Translations under genes and position numbers: made by a program
The notes under the pieces: model-generated
The model's input: the letters and a program-made list of their open reading frames with translations, nothing else
The model's database searches: none
Told to the model about the DNA's origin: nothing
Assembly: GCA_963514005.1 (NCBI GenBank)
Contig: OY740808.1
Coordinates: 13,702,001 to 13,766,000, forward strand
Direction: 5' to 3'
Length of the DNA stretch: 64,000 nt
Source: Raja brachyura
Taxonomy: Eukaryota
Shown: positions 12,450 through 24,328 of the stretch, in pieces
How positions within the stretch are numbered: position 1 is the stretch's first letter
How the letters are laid out: each line of letters starts with the position of its first letter

Positions 12450-13138
12450 AGGTCCAAACAGGATGTGGAGGTGGTCAGCAGCACAAAGTTCCTGGGGGTG
12501 CAGATCACTAACAGTCTGACCTGGTCGAATAACATCTCATCAACAGTTAAGAGAGCGCAGCAGCGGTTGCACTTTCTGCGCCGGATGAGAAGAGCTCACC
12601 TCCCCCATCCCATCCTCACTACTTTCTACAGGGGCACCATAGAGAGTATTCTGACCAGCTGTATCTCTGTCTGGTTTGGGGACTGTAAAGCCTCCAACTG
12701 GAAGTCTGTGCAGAGAGTGGTGAGGACAGCGGAAAAAATCATCGGGACCTCTCTCCCCTCAATCGGGGATATTGCGACCAAATGTTGCGTGTCTAAGGCC
12801 AGCAGTATTATAAAGGACCCCACACATCTCCATCACGGTCTGTTCACTCTGCTGCCCTCGTGAAAAAGATATCGCAGCATAAGGAGCAGAACATCAAGGT
12901 TCTGCAACAGCTTCTTCCCACGAGCCATCAGACTCTTGAATGCCATGTAATGGGCTGCCACCATTGTCTATTTATCCTTTTTATTCATTTTATCTATTTT
13001 ATCCATGTCTATCCTTCTGTTAATTTATCGTGTTGCACAGGGAGCCAAATGCAACGTAATTTCGTTTGGAACTGCATATATCAATGTATTTCTAAATGAC
13101 AATAAAGTTTTGTTTGACTTTTTGATTTGACTTTTGAC
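12450..13138 (+). mobile_element. Rex1/Babar-type LINE 3' portion
   Basis: ORF 12417..12863 has KFLGVQITNSLTWS..KRAQQRLHFLRR..FYRGTIESILTSCISVW, followed by AATAAA and a (TTTGAC)n-like tail. Confidence 0.85.
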
Positions 13139-14159
13139 ACTGTGGTTATGGTAGTCGATTTATAGGTCTGGACTAATAATTTCAAAAATAAAAATGTACA
13201 AGTCAGAGATCTTGAATTCACATATTTAAATATATTGAGAATAAGAAGATATTACAGATCTTCCCTGGGTTAGTGACCTTAGTGGGGACCTGAGAGTGGT
13301 GACTATTTGCAATGAAAGGCCAGAAAGAATGGTGGAGAAAGAGATGCTGATAGGATTTAAGAATAAGCACGGGCATTGCTGAAATATAGAAGGCCATGAG
13401 CCTATTACTGAAGGATGGGTATCATATGGATTACTACCCAAAGATCAGCGGGGATGTGGTGGACTGACTGACCTGTGTCCATGTGGGGAAACACCCTTTC
13501 AGCATCTACCCCGTCAAACAATCTACAAATTTTATTCCTCAGTCTTAAAGTTCTGGAGAATATAGTCCTATTCCAACAAATCTCCAAAAATCTATCTTAA
13601 ATTAACATATCTTATGTAGGCAAGGAAACAAAAACTGCACTCAGTATTCAACATATGATTTCACCAAAGCCTGATGTTCCATCCAAATTTACAAAAGAAG
13701 TTTCATTATGCACAAAAAGCAGGAATTGTTGTAAAAAAATTGCCAGGTACAGCTGTTTTTTCAAAAAAATTGTCCACAGCTATGGTAGATAATTCAGTTC
13801 TCTGTGATTCTGTACAATGACCACAAAGTTTTAGTGCCTTGATTTCAAAATTAAGGGGTGGTGCAAAATTCAATTTCAAAATTTACAGACAACATATTTG
13901 GAAGTATACTATAGAGAGGAAAATAGAAAAAGATCAAAATGACAATGGAGGATAGGAGATTGCTTGATATATGAAATTTCATACAATACAATCCAAAGAA
14001 TGAGGAATTAAGATGCATCTAATAATACATTTTCTAATGGAATGCAAGAACAGAGAACATGTGAATAATCTTTGAAGGTGATAGGCTTATAGATAAAGGT
14101 TTCAAAAAGACGTGGTTAATTGGTATTTGTAAATAGATGCATGGAATATAAATTCTCAT

Positions 14160-14630
14160 TAATGGAACAGCTCCATCCAAGACGGCAAGAAATTGCAGAG
14201 AATTGTGGATGCAGCCCAGACCATCATGCCAACCTTCTTTCCTACCATTGACTCCGTCACACTTCACGCTGCCTCATCTAGGCCACCAGCATGATCGAGG
14301 ACCAGTCTCACGCCAAACACTCCCTCTTCTCCCCTCTCCCATCCGGCAAAAGGTGCAGGTGTGAAAACGCATACCTCCCGATTCTGGGACAGTTTCTTCC
14401 CAGCAGTCATCAGGCAATTGTACCATCATATCACCAAGTAGAGAGCGGTCCTGAGCTACCATCTACCTTATTGGAGACCCTCGGACTATTTTTACTTTGC
14501 ACTAAACATTATTCCTGTAATTCCATATCTGTACACTGTGGACGGCTTGATTGTAATCATGTTGAATGGATAGCACAGAACAAATAAGCTTTTCACTGTA
14601 CCTCGGCACATCTGACAAAAAACTGAATTA
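14160..14630 (+). mobile_element. Rex1-type LINE 3' fragment
   Basis: KKLQRIVDAAQ and HSLFSPLPSGKR motifs. The 3' UTR is shared with 39290-39500. Confidence 0.7.
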
Positions 14631-15669
14631 AATTCTAGGTAGCTAAACTAAGTAATACAATACTTGTTCTACTCCAAGTTTGGTATCCAATTCAGGGATC
14701 ACACTTTCCAAGGATGAGAAGTTTTTGGGGACGTACAACAAATTTTAAAACATAGTTCCTGCACACGAGGGTTAAAGATAGTAGATGGCCTACAAAACAT
14801 GATATTGTTTTCCCTGCAACAGAGGAAACCAAGAGGAAAATTATTTACGATTATGCCAGGTTTAATGGGAGCAAATGCAATTATGCCAATCATTAGGAAT
14901 AGATTTAAAGTGACGGTCAAAAGAACGATAGAATAAACGTTACAAATGTGCTTGTCTACTAAAGCAAACAAAAGAGTTAAGTACCCCATGGAGAAAAAGA
15001 CTGCAGCACTATCAGGAAAGAATGGGGGAAAGCAAATACAAACTTGACTGCCCGATTTTAGATTCTGAAAGAATTGGCAGACTTGATGGACTGAACGGCC
15101 TGCTTATGTGCTCTTATTCTATGATTTATATTGGGACCACACTTTGCAAATGGAGAAAAAAACTTCAGAAACCAGAAATACAACAAATAAAAAGAAAATG
15201 CTGGAAACGGGCAGATGGTCAGGCAGCATCTGTGGCAAGAGAAACAGAGTTAATGTTTTAGATCAGGGACGCTTTGTCAGGTTTTTTTTCTCACAAATGC
15301 TGCTTGACAAGTTGAATGTTTCCACAGACACAACGGAATGCAGATGCTGGAAACTTGAAACACAACACAAACTCCTGGAGAAAATCTGTGGAGGGAAATT
15401 GACAGGTGCCGTCACGTGTGTTTCCGGTATGTTCCGTTTTTATAAAAAGGTTTGCAAAGTTGCAGAATCCTTTAACTTTTCAAAAAAGTTTATTGAATTT
15501 CTATGGAACCGGTCTTACTTCTTCCTTCACGCTTGTGAAGAACCGCAGACGCCCCCCCCCCCCCCCCCCCGCTCAGCGAGCATCATTTGCCCGATTTTAA
15601 ATTGAGGTTATAGGGACCAGCCATATATGGATGCAATTACAAGCCCCTTTCAGACGGCGGTTCACTTAC

Positions 15670-15739
15670 CCCGCGACAGGATCTTGGCAATGGATTGAGC
15701 AAGGGACGGCTTCTCCGCCACCATCAGCACCGTCTTCAT
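15670..15739 (-). CDS. TOP3B: DNA topoisomerase III beta, coding exon 1 (MKTVLMVAEKPSLAQSIAKILSR-G)
   Basis: Minus-strand ATG at 15739. Translation matches the vertebrate TOP3B N-terminus with the TOPRIM AEKPS motif. 70 nt, donor G|GTAAGT. Confidence 0.97.
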
Positions 15740-15900
15740 CTCCGCAGCCGGCGCACATCGGCCTCACGCTCAAACAACCGTCGCTGCCACACCACCGACA
15801 CTTCCGGCGCATGTGTACAACTTCCGATTGCTGGGCTGATGGAGGACCCCGTCGTTGTCAAGGCAACGGCCGCCTCCCCCCCCCCCCCCCCCCGCCGCCC
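15740..15900 (-). promoter_or_regulatory. CpG-rich TATA-less TOP3B promoter / 5' UTR with tandem ETS (GABP-type) and NRF1-like motifs
   Basis: Local CpG enrichment over about 15550-15930. ACTTCCGG at 15800-15807, GCGCATG at 15807-15813, ACTTCCG at 15820-15826, and a GC-box-like C-rich run near 15870-15900. No splice acceptor is visible upstream of the ATG. Confidence 0.7.
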
Positions 15901-16339
15901 CACATCCACCCACCCACCCACCCAGGTGCCGAGGGATGTTGTGAAGGACAACTTTTCAATCGGTGCTATCATCAGGTCAGGGATCCTTTGTCAGAAGTTT
16001 TTTTTTTTTTGCCCTAATGCTACACGACGACATGTTGAGTGTTTCCACAGACACAAGCGAATGCAGCGTCTGGAAACTTGAACAAAACACAAACTGCTGG
16101 AGGAAAATACCACGTGTGGATTAGTTTTTGTGGATGCTTCGTTCTGTGTGTGTACTTTCACATCACGAATGCCTTGTCTCTTCATGGAGTAATACCACAT
16201 TCTCCCAAAACTCAGCAGGGCCGTCCAGAGAGAGAAATCAGATTAAGGTTTCAGTCCAATGATTTGTCGTCCTGTAACATCAAACCATGGTTTTGCTTTG
16301 CTTCCCATTGCTTACCCGGCTTACGAAAACAAGCCACAA

Positions 16340-16770
16340 AGCTCTGGTGTAACTCAGCAGGTCTGGCAGCTTTGTCGAGTTGGAGAAGATAGATTGTTAA
16401 CGTTTAGGGTTGAGACTCTTATTCATACTGTTTTGTTGAACTAACCTACAACATACTACCCCTCTCTACTTCTCCCATCCTTCCCTGTGCCCACCCAGAC
16501 ACAAACATATTTCTCCTCTCCCCGCCACATATATTCCTTCCTGTGGCCTCACATTTTGCACTTCTTCTATCCTTACCTTTTGACTTATCATCTCTGTCTT
16601 TGCCCAAACAACTACCACCACCACCTATCAATTACCAGGCTTTATCCTGCCCCTCCTCTCTTCAGTTTTATCCTCCACCACAATCAGTCTGAAGAAGGGT
16701 CCCGACCCGAAATGTCACCGTCAGAGATGCTGCCTGGCCCGTTGAGTTGCTACAGTGCTTCGTCATTTTT
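16340..16770. mobile_element. Diverged Penelope pLTR copies (minus arm, then a longer plus copy with hammerhead-like motif at 16689-16716)
   Basis: CAGTCTGAAGAAGGGTCCCGACCCGAAATGTCAC and GTAACTCAGCAGGTCTGGCAGC. Confidence 0.68.
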
Positions 16771-17880
16771 TTTACATGCAATCAGACATGGAATGGAGAT
16801 TACCAATGTGTAGGCTATTCAAGATGGAAGCCGAGGCAGAATATTACAGTGGTATACAAAATTGTGAGGAGCATAAAAGGAGTTGGAGGACAGCAAGATC
16901 AATGTGGAGAATACAAATATGCTAGGGCAGTTTGAGATCGAGCTGGTGATGGTGCTGAGGCTCTTGCAGAGCATTAAGGTGGATGTCCCCAAGGCCTGAT
17001 GCGATCTATCCCACATTATTGAGGGAGGCAAGAGAGGAGAATATGGGGACCCTGACAAGGATCTTTGTCTCTTCTCCAGCCACAGTCAAGGTCGCAGAGG
17101 ACTGGAGAGTGGCCAATGTTGTTTTTTTTTTGTTGTTTAAGAGGTAGGGAGAATCCAAGGAATTATAGGTCAGTGAGCCCCACGTCAGTGGTAGGGAAAC
17201 TATTGGGGAGAATTATTCGAGATTGAATTTACTCCTATTTGAAGGAGAATGGGCTGATCTAGGATATTATAAAAAATCGGATTCACAGTGACTTGGTTGT
17301 ATGGATTCAGAAGTGGCTTATTCATAGAGGACAGAGGGTTGTGGTGGAAGGAAGATATGCTGGCTAGAGGTCTGTGGAGATCTGCAGGGATCCGTGCTAG
17401 GACCTCAGTTGTTTGTAATATATGTAAAACATGCCTTGGATGTAAATGTCGATGGGTTGGTAAGTTTGTTCACAACACCAAAATATGAGGAGTTGCAGGC
17501 AATGAGGAAGGATGTCAGAAGATACAATGGGATATAGATCAACTGCAGAAATGGGTGAAGAAATGGCAGGTGGTGTTTAATCCAAACAAGTGTGAGGTGT
17601 AGCACTTTGGGAAGATGAATGCCAGGGGAGAATATACAGTTAATGGCAAGACCCTGAAGAGCAGAGGGATCTTGGAGTTCAAGTTCACAGCTCACTGAAG
17701 GTGGCAGCGCAAGTATATAGGGTGGTAAAGAAGGTGTATGGTAATGTTCGGGGCATTGAGTATAAGAGTCAGGAAATCTTGATGCAGCTCAATAAGACTG
17801 GTTCGACTTTTGGAGTATTTGGAGTATTGCATGCAGTATTTTGCATTTGGAGTATTGCATGCAGGCCTGATTGACCCATT
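16770..17880 (+). mobile_element. Fragmented CR1 LINE ORF2
   Basis: Degenerate matches to DWRVANV, NYRSVS, KWQVVFNPNKCEV and LEYCMQ. Confidence 0.75.
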
Positions 17881-19019
17881 ACAGGACCGGCTGTTCTATA
17901 GCCAGGAAGTTGAAGGTGGGTCTCCCCATCTGTTGCTCTTCTAATTGCGACTTGGCCCTCTCTCACTTTAGGTGCAAGGATCATTGTCAGCTCCTTTGGG
18001 AGACCCCGAGGCACTTCACAGATGCCTGCCACTATTTCCTGCACGAAAGGTATGATTTGCCAAACTCTAACCACAGAAGGACCAGCCTTTTGTGTGCTGT
18101 ACATCTTACGCAGAACTCCATCAGAAAATAAGTGACCTCCATGATCTACGACACGAGGAACTCTTCCAAATTTGGTCCCTCCAGACTGCTCCACCATTCA
18201 CTATTGTCTGGATAGATTTGGAATTGGGTAAATCTAGAGTCTCCTGCCTGTTCAACGAATTTTTGACTTTCCTGTAGTTTTGCCTCAGCTTTGATTATAC
18301 TTCATAGTTCAATGGCCTCAGTTCTCTTGGGGAGAGATTCCAGTGACTCATAGAAATTCTTCCTTGACCTCAATCTCAAATGGATTGTCCCTTATGATGA
18401 GTATGGCCCTTGATTCTACGTTCTACTCAGTCTGTTTTTACACCGTGGAGTTCAGTAGAAATGTGTGATGCACAGCAAGATCTGACCCTTTGATCTGACC
18501 GACGGGGAACACATTAACTGGCATTTCCAACGTTTGCAACGCAACAAATAAATTGTTACATAATAAAATGTCTCGGAATAGTTGATCCTCGCTCACCAAG
18601 AATCTCTTCGGCCCCACCCACCCACCCCACTCACATCCGAAAACTCCTGGGCTCCCACTCACCCATACGCTCGGTGCCCCAATTCCTGCTCACCATCCGA
18701 TTCAGGATTCAGGATCCGCAGCTCCAATTTACCAAAGGACAATCACCCTCCGCCATAGTCCTTTTTATCATCTGTTACACTTTCACCTTTGTACAGATGT
18801 TTGCAAATTATGCTCCGTGTATGCTCTCGCAAAACATTTATGCTGGAAGCTACAGATGAGTTGTAAACCGCTTTATATGTGTGGCCCCAAGCGGTTGGTA
18901 TTATCACTTTCACCCCAAGACATGTTTAGCTCCCCCGCCCGCCTGCACTCAGCGGGAGCCTTGTGCTACCAGTTCCTCAGTGCCATCACCTGGTGATCAC
19001 CAATACTACAGCTGAGAGC

Positions 19020-19160
19020 AAGAAACAAGGAAAATAGGTGCAGGAGTAGGCCATTCGGCCCTTCGAGCCTGCTCCGTCATTCAATATGATCGTGGCTGAT
19101 CATCCAACTCAGTATCCCGTACTGCCTTCTCTCCATACCCCCTGATCCCCTTACCACAAG
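19020..19160 (-). mobile_element. CR1 3' end fragment
   Basis: Reverse complement of the tail seen at 3590-3722. Confidence 0.82.
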
Positions 19161-20264
19161 AACCATTTTGTTCTTGAAGCAGGAAGCATTTTAAATTGTA
19201 CCGACTACTCTAGCTCTTTTAGTTTCATTAATCAACAAAATGACGTCCTCATTGTAAGAAAATAATAGTAAACCCACGAGGCAGATCAATAGTTTATGTT
19301 AAAGATTTGAGACAAATTATCACCAAGAGGTTGAGTGCACTGAAGTATTAAGTTCAGTGCATTGCATCCAGGTGACGTAACTCCAACGTAAAGAACAGAA
19401 TTAAGATCCAACGTCAGTTGCCAAACGGATTGCAAAAAGAAATGCGACCAAGTTGGTGATAACGTAACACAATTGCAGGAAGTAATATCGACTTATGTTT
19501 GACATTAGTATGTAAAAGGCGGCGGGCATGCTTGTTCCCTGTGGAGAAACAGCGTAATATTTAAAACATTTTATTCCCTGCCAGTCACCTCTTGGTTCCT
19601 GTGGAGGACGGGCTGCTTTCCTCATCGGCCCTTGGAGGAACTTGCTGATACTCAGCTTTCGAGAAGGTTTTATTTATTGGTAACTATTGAGGCCTATGAG
19701 TTGTTGCGACGGGAATATCGTTTCCACAATCAGTTTTTAAGTAGTTGATCTGATTTAAAAGGGATTAATATTTCCTTTGATTGGCAAGAGTCATTTTTAA
19801 TATAACGAGTTCTTTTTAAAGAGGCATAGTTATGTTAACTAGTATTACTAGGGCTAAGGAAAATCCTGCAGATGCAGGAAACCTGAAATAAAACCAGAAA
19901 ATGCGGCGAAAACACAGCAGGTCAGCTGGTGAAAGTGGATGGCCAAAAAAAGAGGGAGCTGATGGGAGAATGTTACAGGAAAATCAATCAGGGAATGTGG
20001 ATGTCAAGCTGGCATGGTCAATGGACTCCTACAAAGAAATATGAGAATGAGAAACTTACAATAATGCTAAAAATTTGCCTAGTAATAGGCCAATTACTCT
20101 GTGAAGAGACGCATGGATCAGAGCTCTGAAGAGTGTGAGCATTCAGATCAAGTTGATATTATCCCAAAGAGGATATGCCTCTTTTAGAATGCACACGCAC
20201 AAGATGGATGTATAGAAAATGAGACTGCCATGAAAATGGAGAGGATTGGTTGTAAGAAGATGCA

Positions 20265-20392
20265 TCAGTCTGAAGAAGGATCCTGCCATGAAACGTTACC
20301 TGTCCATTCTCTCACAGATGTTGCCTGACCCGCTGAGTTAATCCAGCACTTTGTGTTTTGCTCAAGATTCCAGTATCTGCATTTCCTAGTAT
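20265..20392 (+). mobile_element. Diverged Penelope pLTR copy
   Basis: CAGTCTGAAGAAGG...GAAACGTTACC...GCCTGACCCGCTGAGTTA. Confidence 0.68.
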
Positions 20393-23300
20393 CTCCAATG
20401 CCATATAATTACTTGGCTGTTATATGAATGAGAGGTGCATATGTCCATTTTCATGCATGTAGACATTTAAAATTGCATGCTGGAAAACAATGAAACAGCT
20501 GAATTCACAAGCAGCAGTTCCACTAGGAAACCTACACAGGAAAGATGCATGTACTGAAAAATGAGGTTGATGCTCTTTCAGATGTCATCTCCACACATAT
20601 TGCATCCTCAATGTATTATGTAGTCATAGATCTGCAAGTTAAAACTATACATCCACCTCAAGAACATTGATATAACATCGAATGTGCCTCAACCACAAGT
20701 ACAGATCAGTAAGGTGAAGCTAACCCAGATGTCCATCAGCAGAAATGTCCACCCTGCCAATAAAGGGTAGGTCATTTCGAATCAAAATGAAAATGTGTTC
20801 ACTTATAGTGGTGAGTCTTGAATTTTCAATCATGGCTAAGGAGGTTCAGCCGTCGATTACATTAAAAAGAGATCGACACAGCTACTACACAAGAGGGAAC
20901 ATAAATTAGTCTTAGAAAATAAATGCCTACCTCCCTTGACAGTCACATGTGCTTAACATACTGAACCAAGGCACTTTACCCAAAACATTGGAATGGTTCC
21001 CATCATTACTCTCACTTATCCATGTTAGCCGTGTCAAGGTTTTACACCAACCATTTGTCATTGCAATAAGCATTACTACCAAATTGAATGGTTTAAATCT
21101 GCATTCAGGGCCATCACTTACATCCCTTACAACTGCTGTCAGCACAAGTTTAATGTTCATTGGTTTAAAAACCGTCTAGTTGAATTATTTATTTAAGCAG
21201 AGAAACAGCTCCCAGTAGTTATTTTAATGCAATAAATAAATGTTAACTGCTGAAAGATCTTCATAAGCATCCATGGTTCACCAGCATCTTTCAAGTCCAA
21301 TTACAAGGGTTGTATAATTTTACACTGGTCTGTGCAACTTAACAATGTTCTCCACACAAAAATAATGGTACTTTCCAAAGTCATCTTCAGGCTTTTACAG
21401 CACTCATCAGGCATGGCAGTTTGGTGTGACCATACCTACTACATTGTGGGAACTATACTTGTGGACCCATGACTCAATGACCTCGCCAGGGGAGATGGGC
21501 AAGCCAGAACAAACCCATACACAAAACTCCTCCGGAACCCCATGATGTTTGGAAGAGTCACACACCTCTACACTCCCACTCCACCATCCGACAAAGCTGC
21601 CAATACTTTTAATGCCTCCAATTACCCCCATCATTGAGAAACAATTACATTTTAAAAAGTCTTTAAATTATTTATGTTTGCTACTACTTTTAGAGCATTA
21701 AGGCAGTTATAAATATTACTGCTAGTCCAGTAAAGCAGGTAGATGTGGCCACATGATCCTGCTATGTTAAGGAGACAATACTCATGGACAAATTGCAAAA
21801 TAACCAACCTATTTTTATCTTTCTTCCCCACTGCCTAAAATCTCCATTTAGGTGAAAACACTCTTGAATCCTGTTCTAGGTCTAAACTGGCACAGGATCT
21901 GAGAGCAGAATCTATAGTGCAAATACTAGCTAGTTGCAGCTCCACTGCTGGACACTATGTGGGACTTGTGACACATTTCAAAAAGTTACCAAACTTACGT
22001 GGGGCCCCAGGACAACTGGCGTGGGGCCAGAGCAAAATCCAGTCCCAATTTTCTTTTGCTTGTAATTGTTAGACATACCAAACTGCATCCACATTCGCAT
22101 ATAAATAAATAGTTGAAAAATGTCTTGTGGTGTAGAATTTACAAACAACATGACACTTGGAGGATAAAAGACAGAAACATGAAAATCTAGCTGTGGCTTG
22201 TGTAATAGGGAACATTTGTAGACATCTGCATTCACCACTCTGCAACAATGCACTTCAAACCAACCCCACTGGCTGTAACATGTTGTGTGCGCTGCTCTGA
22301 AATCTAAAAGGGGATTGTAAAAATCAACTTCTCTTTAATCCTCCTTCGTCCATGTATACAAATTACAAGCACAGAAAAACTATCAGGGAATACACAAAAC
22401 GGATGCGTCCAACTGAACAGGCAGTAACAATACATGCATACCAAGTGCACCAAAGGAAATAGACAAAACAGACAATATGGACAGAGACAAAGGCCTATTT
22501 TTATCCATATCAATAATGTAAATGATATAGAAGCAGAAACACAAGATAAAACTAAAACACATGCCTGAGAAAATGAGATCTGGACATGCATTGTACGCGC
22601 ACACACACTCATGGATACCCAACATGCATGCACATGTACACAGTATAAATACACTTTGGATTGACAAACACAATTTGTACATGAAGATATGAAGTATGGA
22701 TGAGCCAAATAAGGTCTGAATTCAAGAACATGCTTTTGAGTTAAAATCATACACAAGCTGCATGTAAGGATACTCCATAAGAGATGCACATAAATCACAT
22801 CCAGTACATGAAGACCATATCTTTCAAGACAGTTGCACAAAAGCAGGGTACGTACATAGGAGTCCTTAAGTATGATCCAAAACACATCTGCCCTGCACCC
22901 TCTTTTTAAGCATTGTGCAACGACCATTCCCTCAGTAATACATTGGCCAACACTTCAATTACTTCAAAAGTCACCTTTCTATACCAGAGGTGGCACAACA
23001 TCCATCCCTTTACTTCACTGCCCCTGGCCCTCCACACTCCATGAAAATCCACACATTGTACTATTTTATGTGGGTAGACTTGTATTTCTGATGATTTTTA
23101 CTAAGGGTCTGCTGGCAAGGATGGCAGTTGTTCCCTATTCTTTTTTGCCCTAGAACCGTGTGGCAGGCGTGGCCAATTCAGATGATACAAATGAATCAGA
23201 AGGATTTTTATGATAAAGTTATTTTAAAAATTCCAGATTATGAATTGAATTGAAATTCTAGATTGGGATGTAGAGTGAATTCTTGATCATGTCGTCTGAA

Positions 23301-24214
23301 TTACCAGCCCCATCATTTAACTTCTGCACTACTATTTCCACCTCTGGGACAGAGAAACAAAACACAGACAAGTACTCACACCGTGGAACACCTCCATTCA
23401 ACTGCCAGTGTAACCATGAGTCCATTTGATTCTCATTTTAAATTACCGTTGCAGTCTCATTGATCTTGAAGGCACCAAAAGTCTAAGTAATTACATGTTT
23501 TGATTAGGTACTAGACGCAAATAGAATCCAATAATTTCAGACCACAACTGCTCTGATTATGCTATTGTTCTGCTAGTCCATTCCCTCTAACCCACCTTTT
23601 GTTTAACACGTACAACTTGGACATGACCTTTAATATCTTTACCTAAAGAAAAATATATACTTTCTATAGTGGGATTGCAAGCAAGATTCATTCCACCAGT
23701 TCAAGAGAAGACAGATTGTTTGCATGAGGCGAGATGGAACAGACTGGGACTGCATTTGTGAAATCTATTGAAATGTACATAATTCATACAGGATTCAATG
23801 AACGAGACTCAGGAAGGATGTTTCCCCCTGACTGAGGAATCTAGATCCTGGGTTACAGTCTCAGAATATGAGGGCGGATATTTAGGACAGAGATGAGAAA
23901 TTCTTCCATGCAGAGGTTAATGCTGGTTTTATTTCTCCAGCCCGGGAGGCTGGGGAGGCTCAGTAATCTTGTTCATTCGAAACAGAGATAGATTTCCTGA
24001 TGATAAGAGAATCAAGGGATATGGGACCGTACAGGAAAATGGTGCCATGGTGAATTAGCCATGATCTCAATGAAAAGGACCAAATCAGAGCACATTTAGG
24101 CCAGCCAACCTTCTGTTGCTCCTGCTCTCTTTTATGTTCTGTGCTTGTTACCTCTGGCACACCTTCCATCATCAGAAAGTCATATTATGAAAATACTCCT
24201 TCACAACTCTTTAA

Positions 24215-24328
24215 AAGATGCTGGAATATTGAGCAAAAAAACCCCAAAGTGCTGGAGTAACTCAGCAGGTCAGGCAGCATTTGTGGAGGGAATGGACAGG
24301 CGACGTTTCGGGTTGGAACCCTTTCTCA
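24215..24328 (-). mobile_element. Diverged Penelope pLTR copy
   Basis: GCTGGAGTAACTCAGCAGGTCAGGCAGCAT...GACGTTTCGGGTTGGAACCC. Confidence 0.68.

Noticed and set aside
15108-16392. Overlapping Pro-rich ORFs around the TOP3B start
   Set aside because: Products of C-homopolymer runs, the CpG-rich promoter and repeat fragments.
17805-17865. Repeated TTTGGAGTATTGCATGCAG
   Set aside because: Local slippage duplication inside a dead CR1 fragment.
17769-18197. 142-aa minus-strand ORF
   Set aside because: Non-ATG start, runs into CR1 sequence and has no recognisable motif. The plus-strand exon-like signal is reported instead.
22304-22927. 207-aa Cys/Val/Leu-rich minus-strand ORF
   Set aside because: Composition reflects TG-rich low-complexity sequence. 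No domain motifs or splice context.
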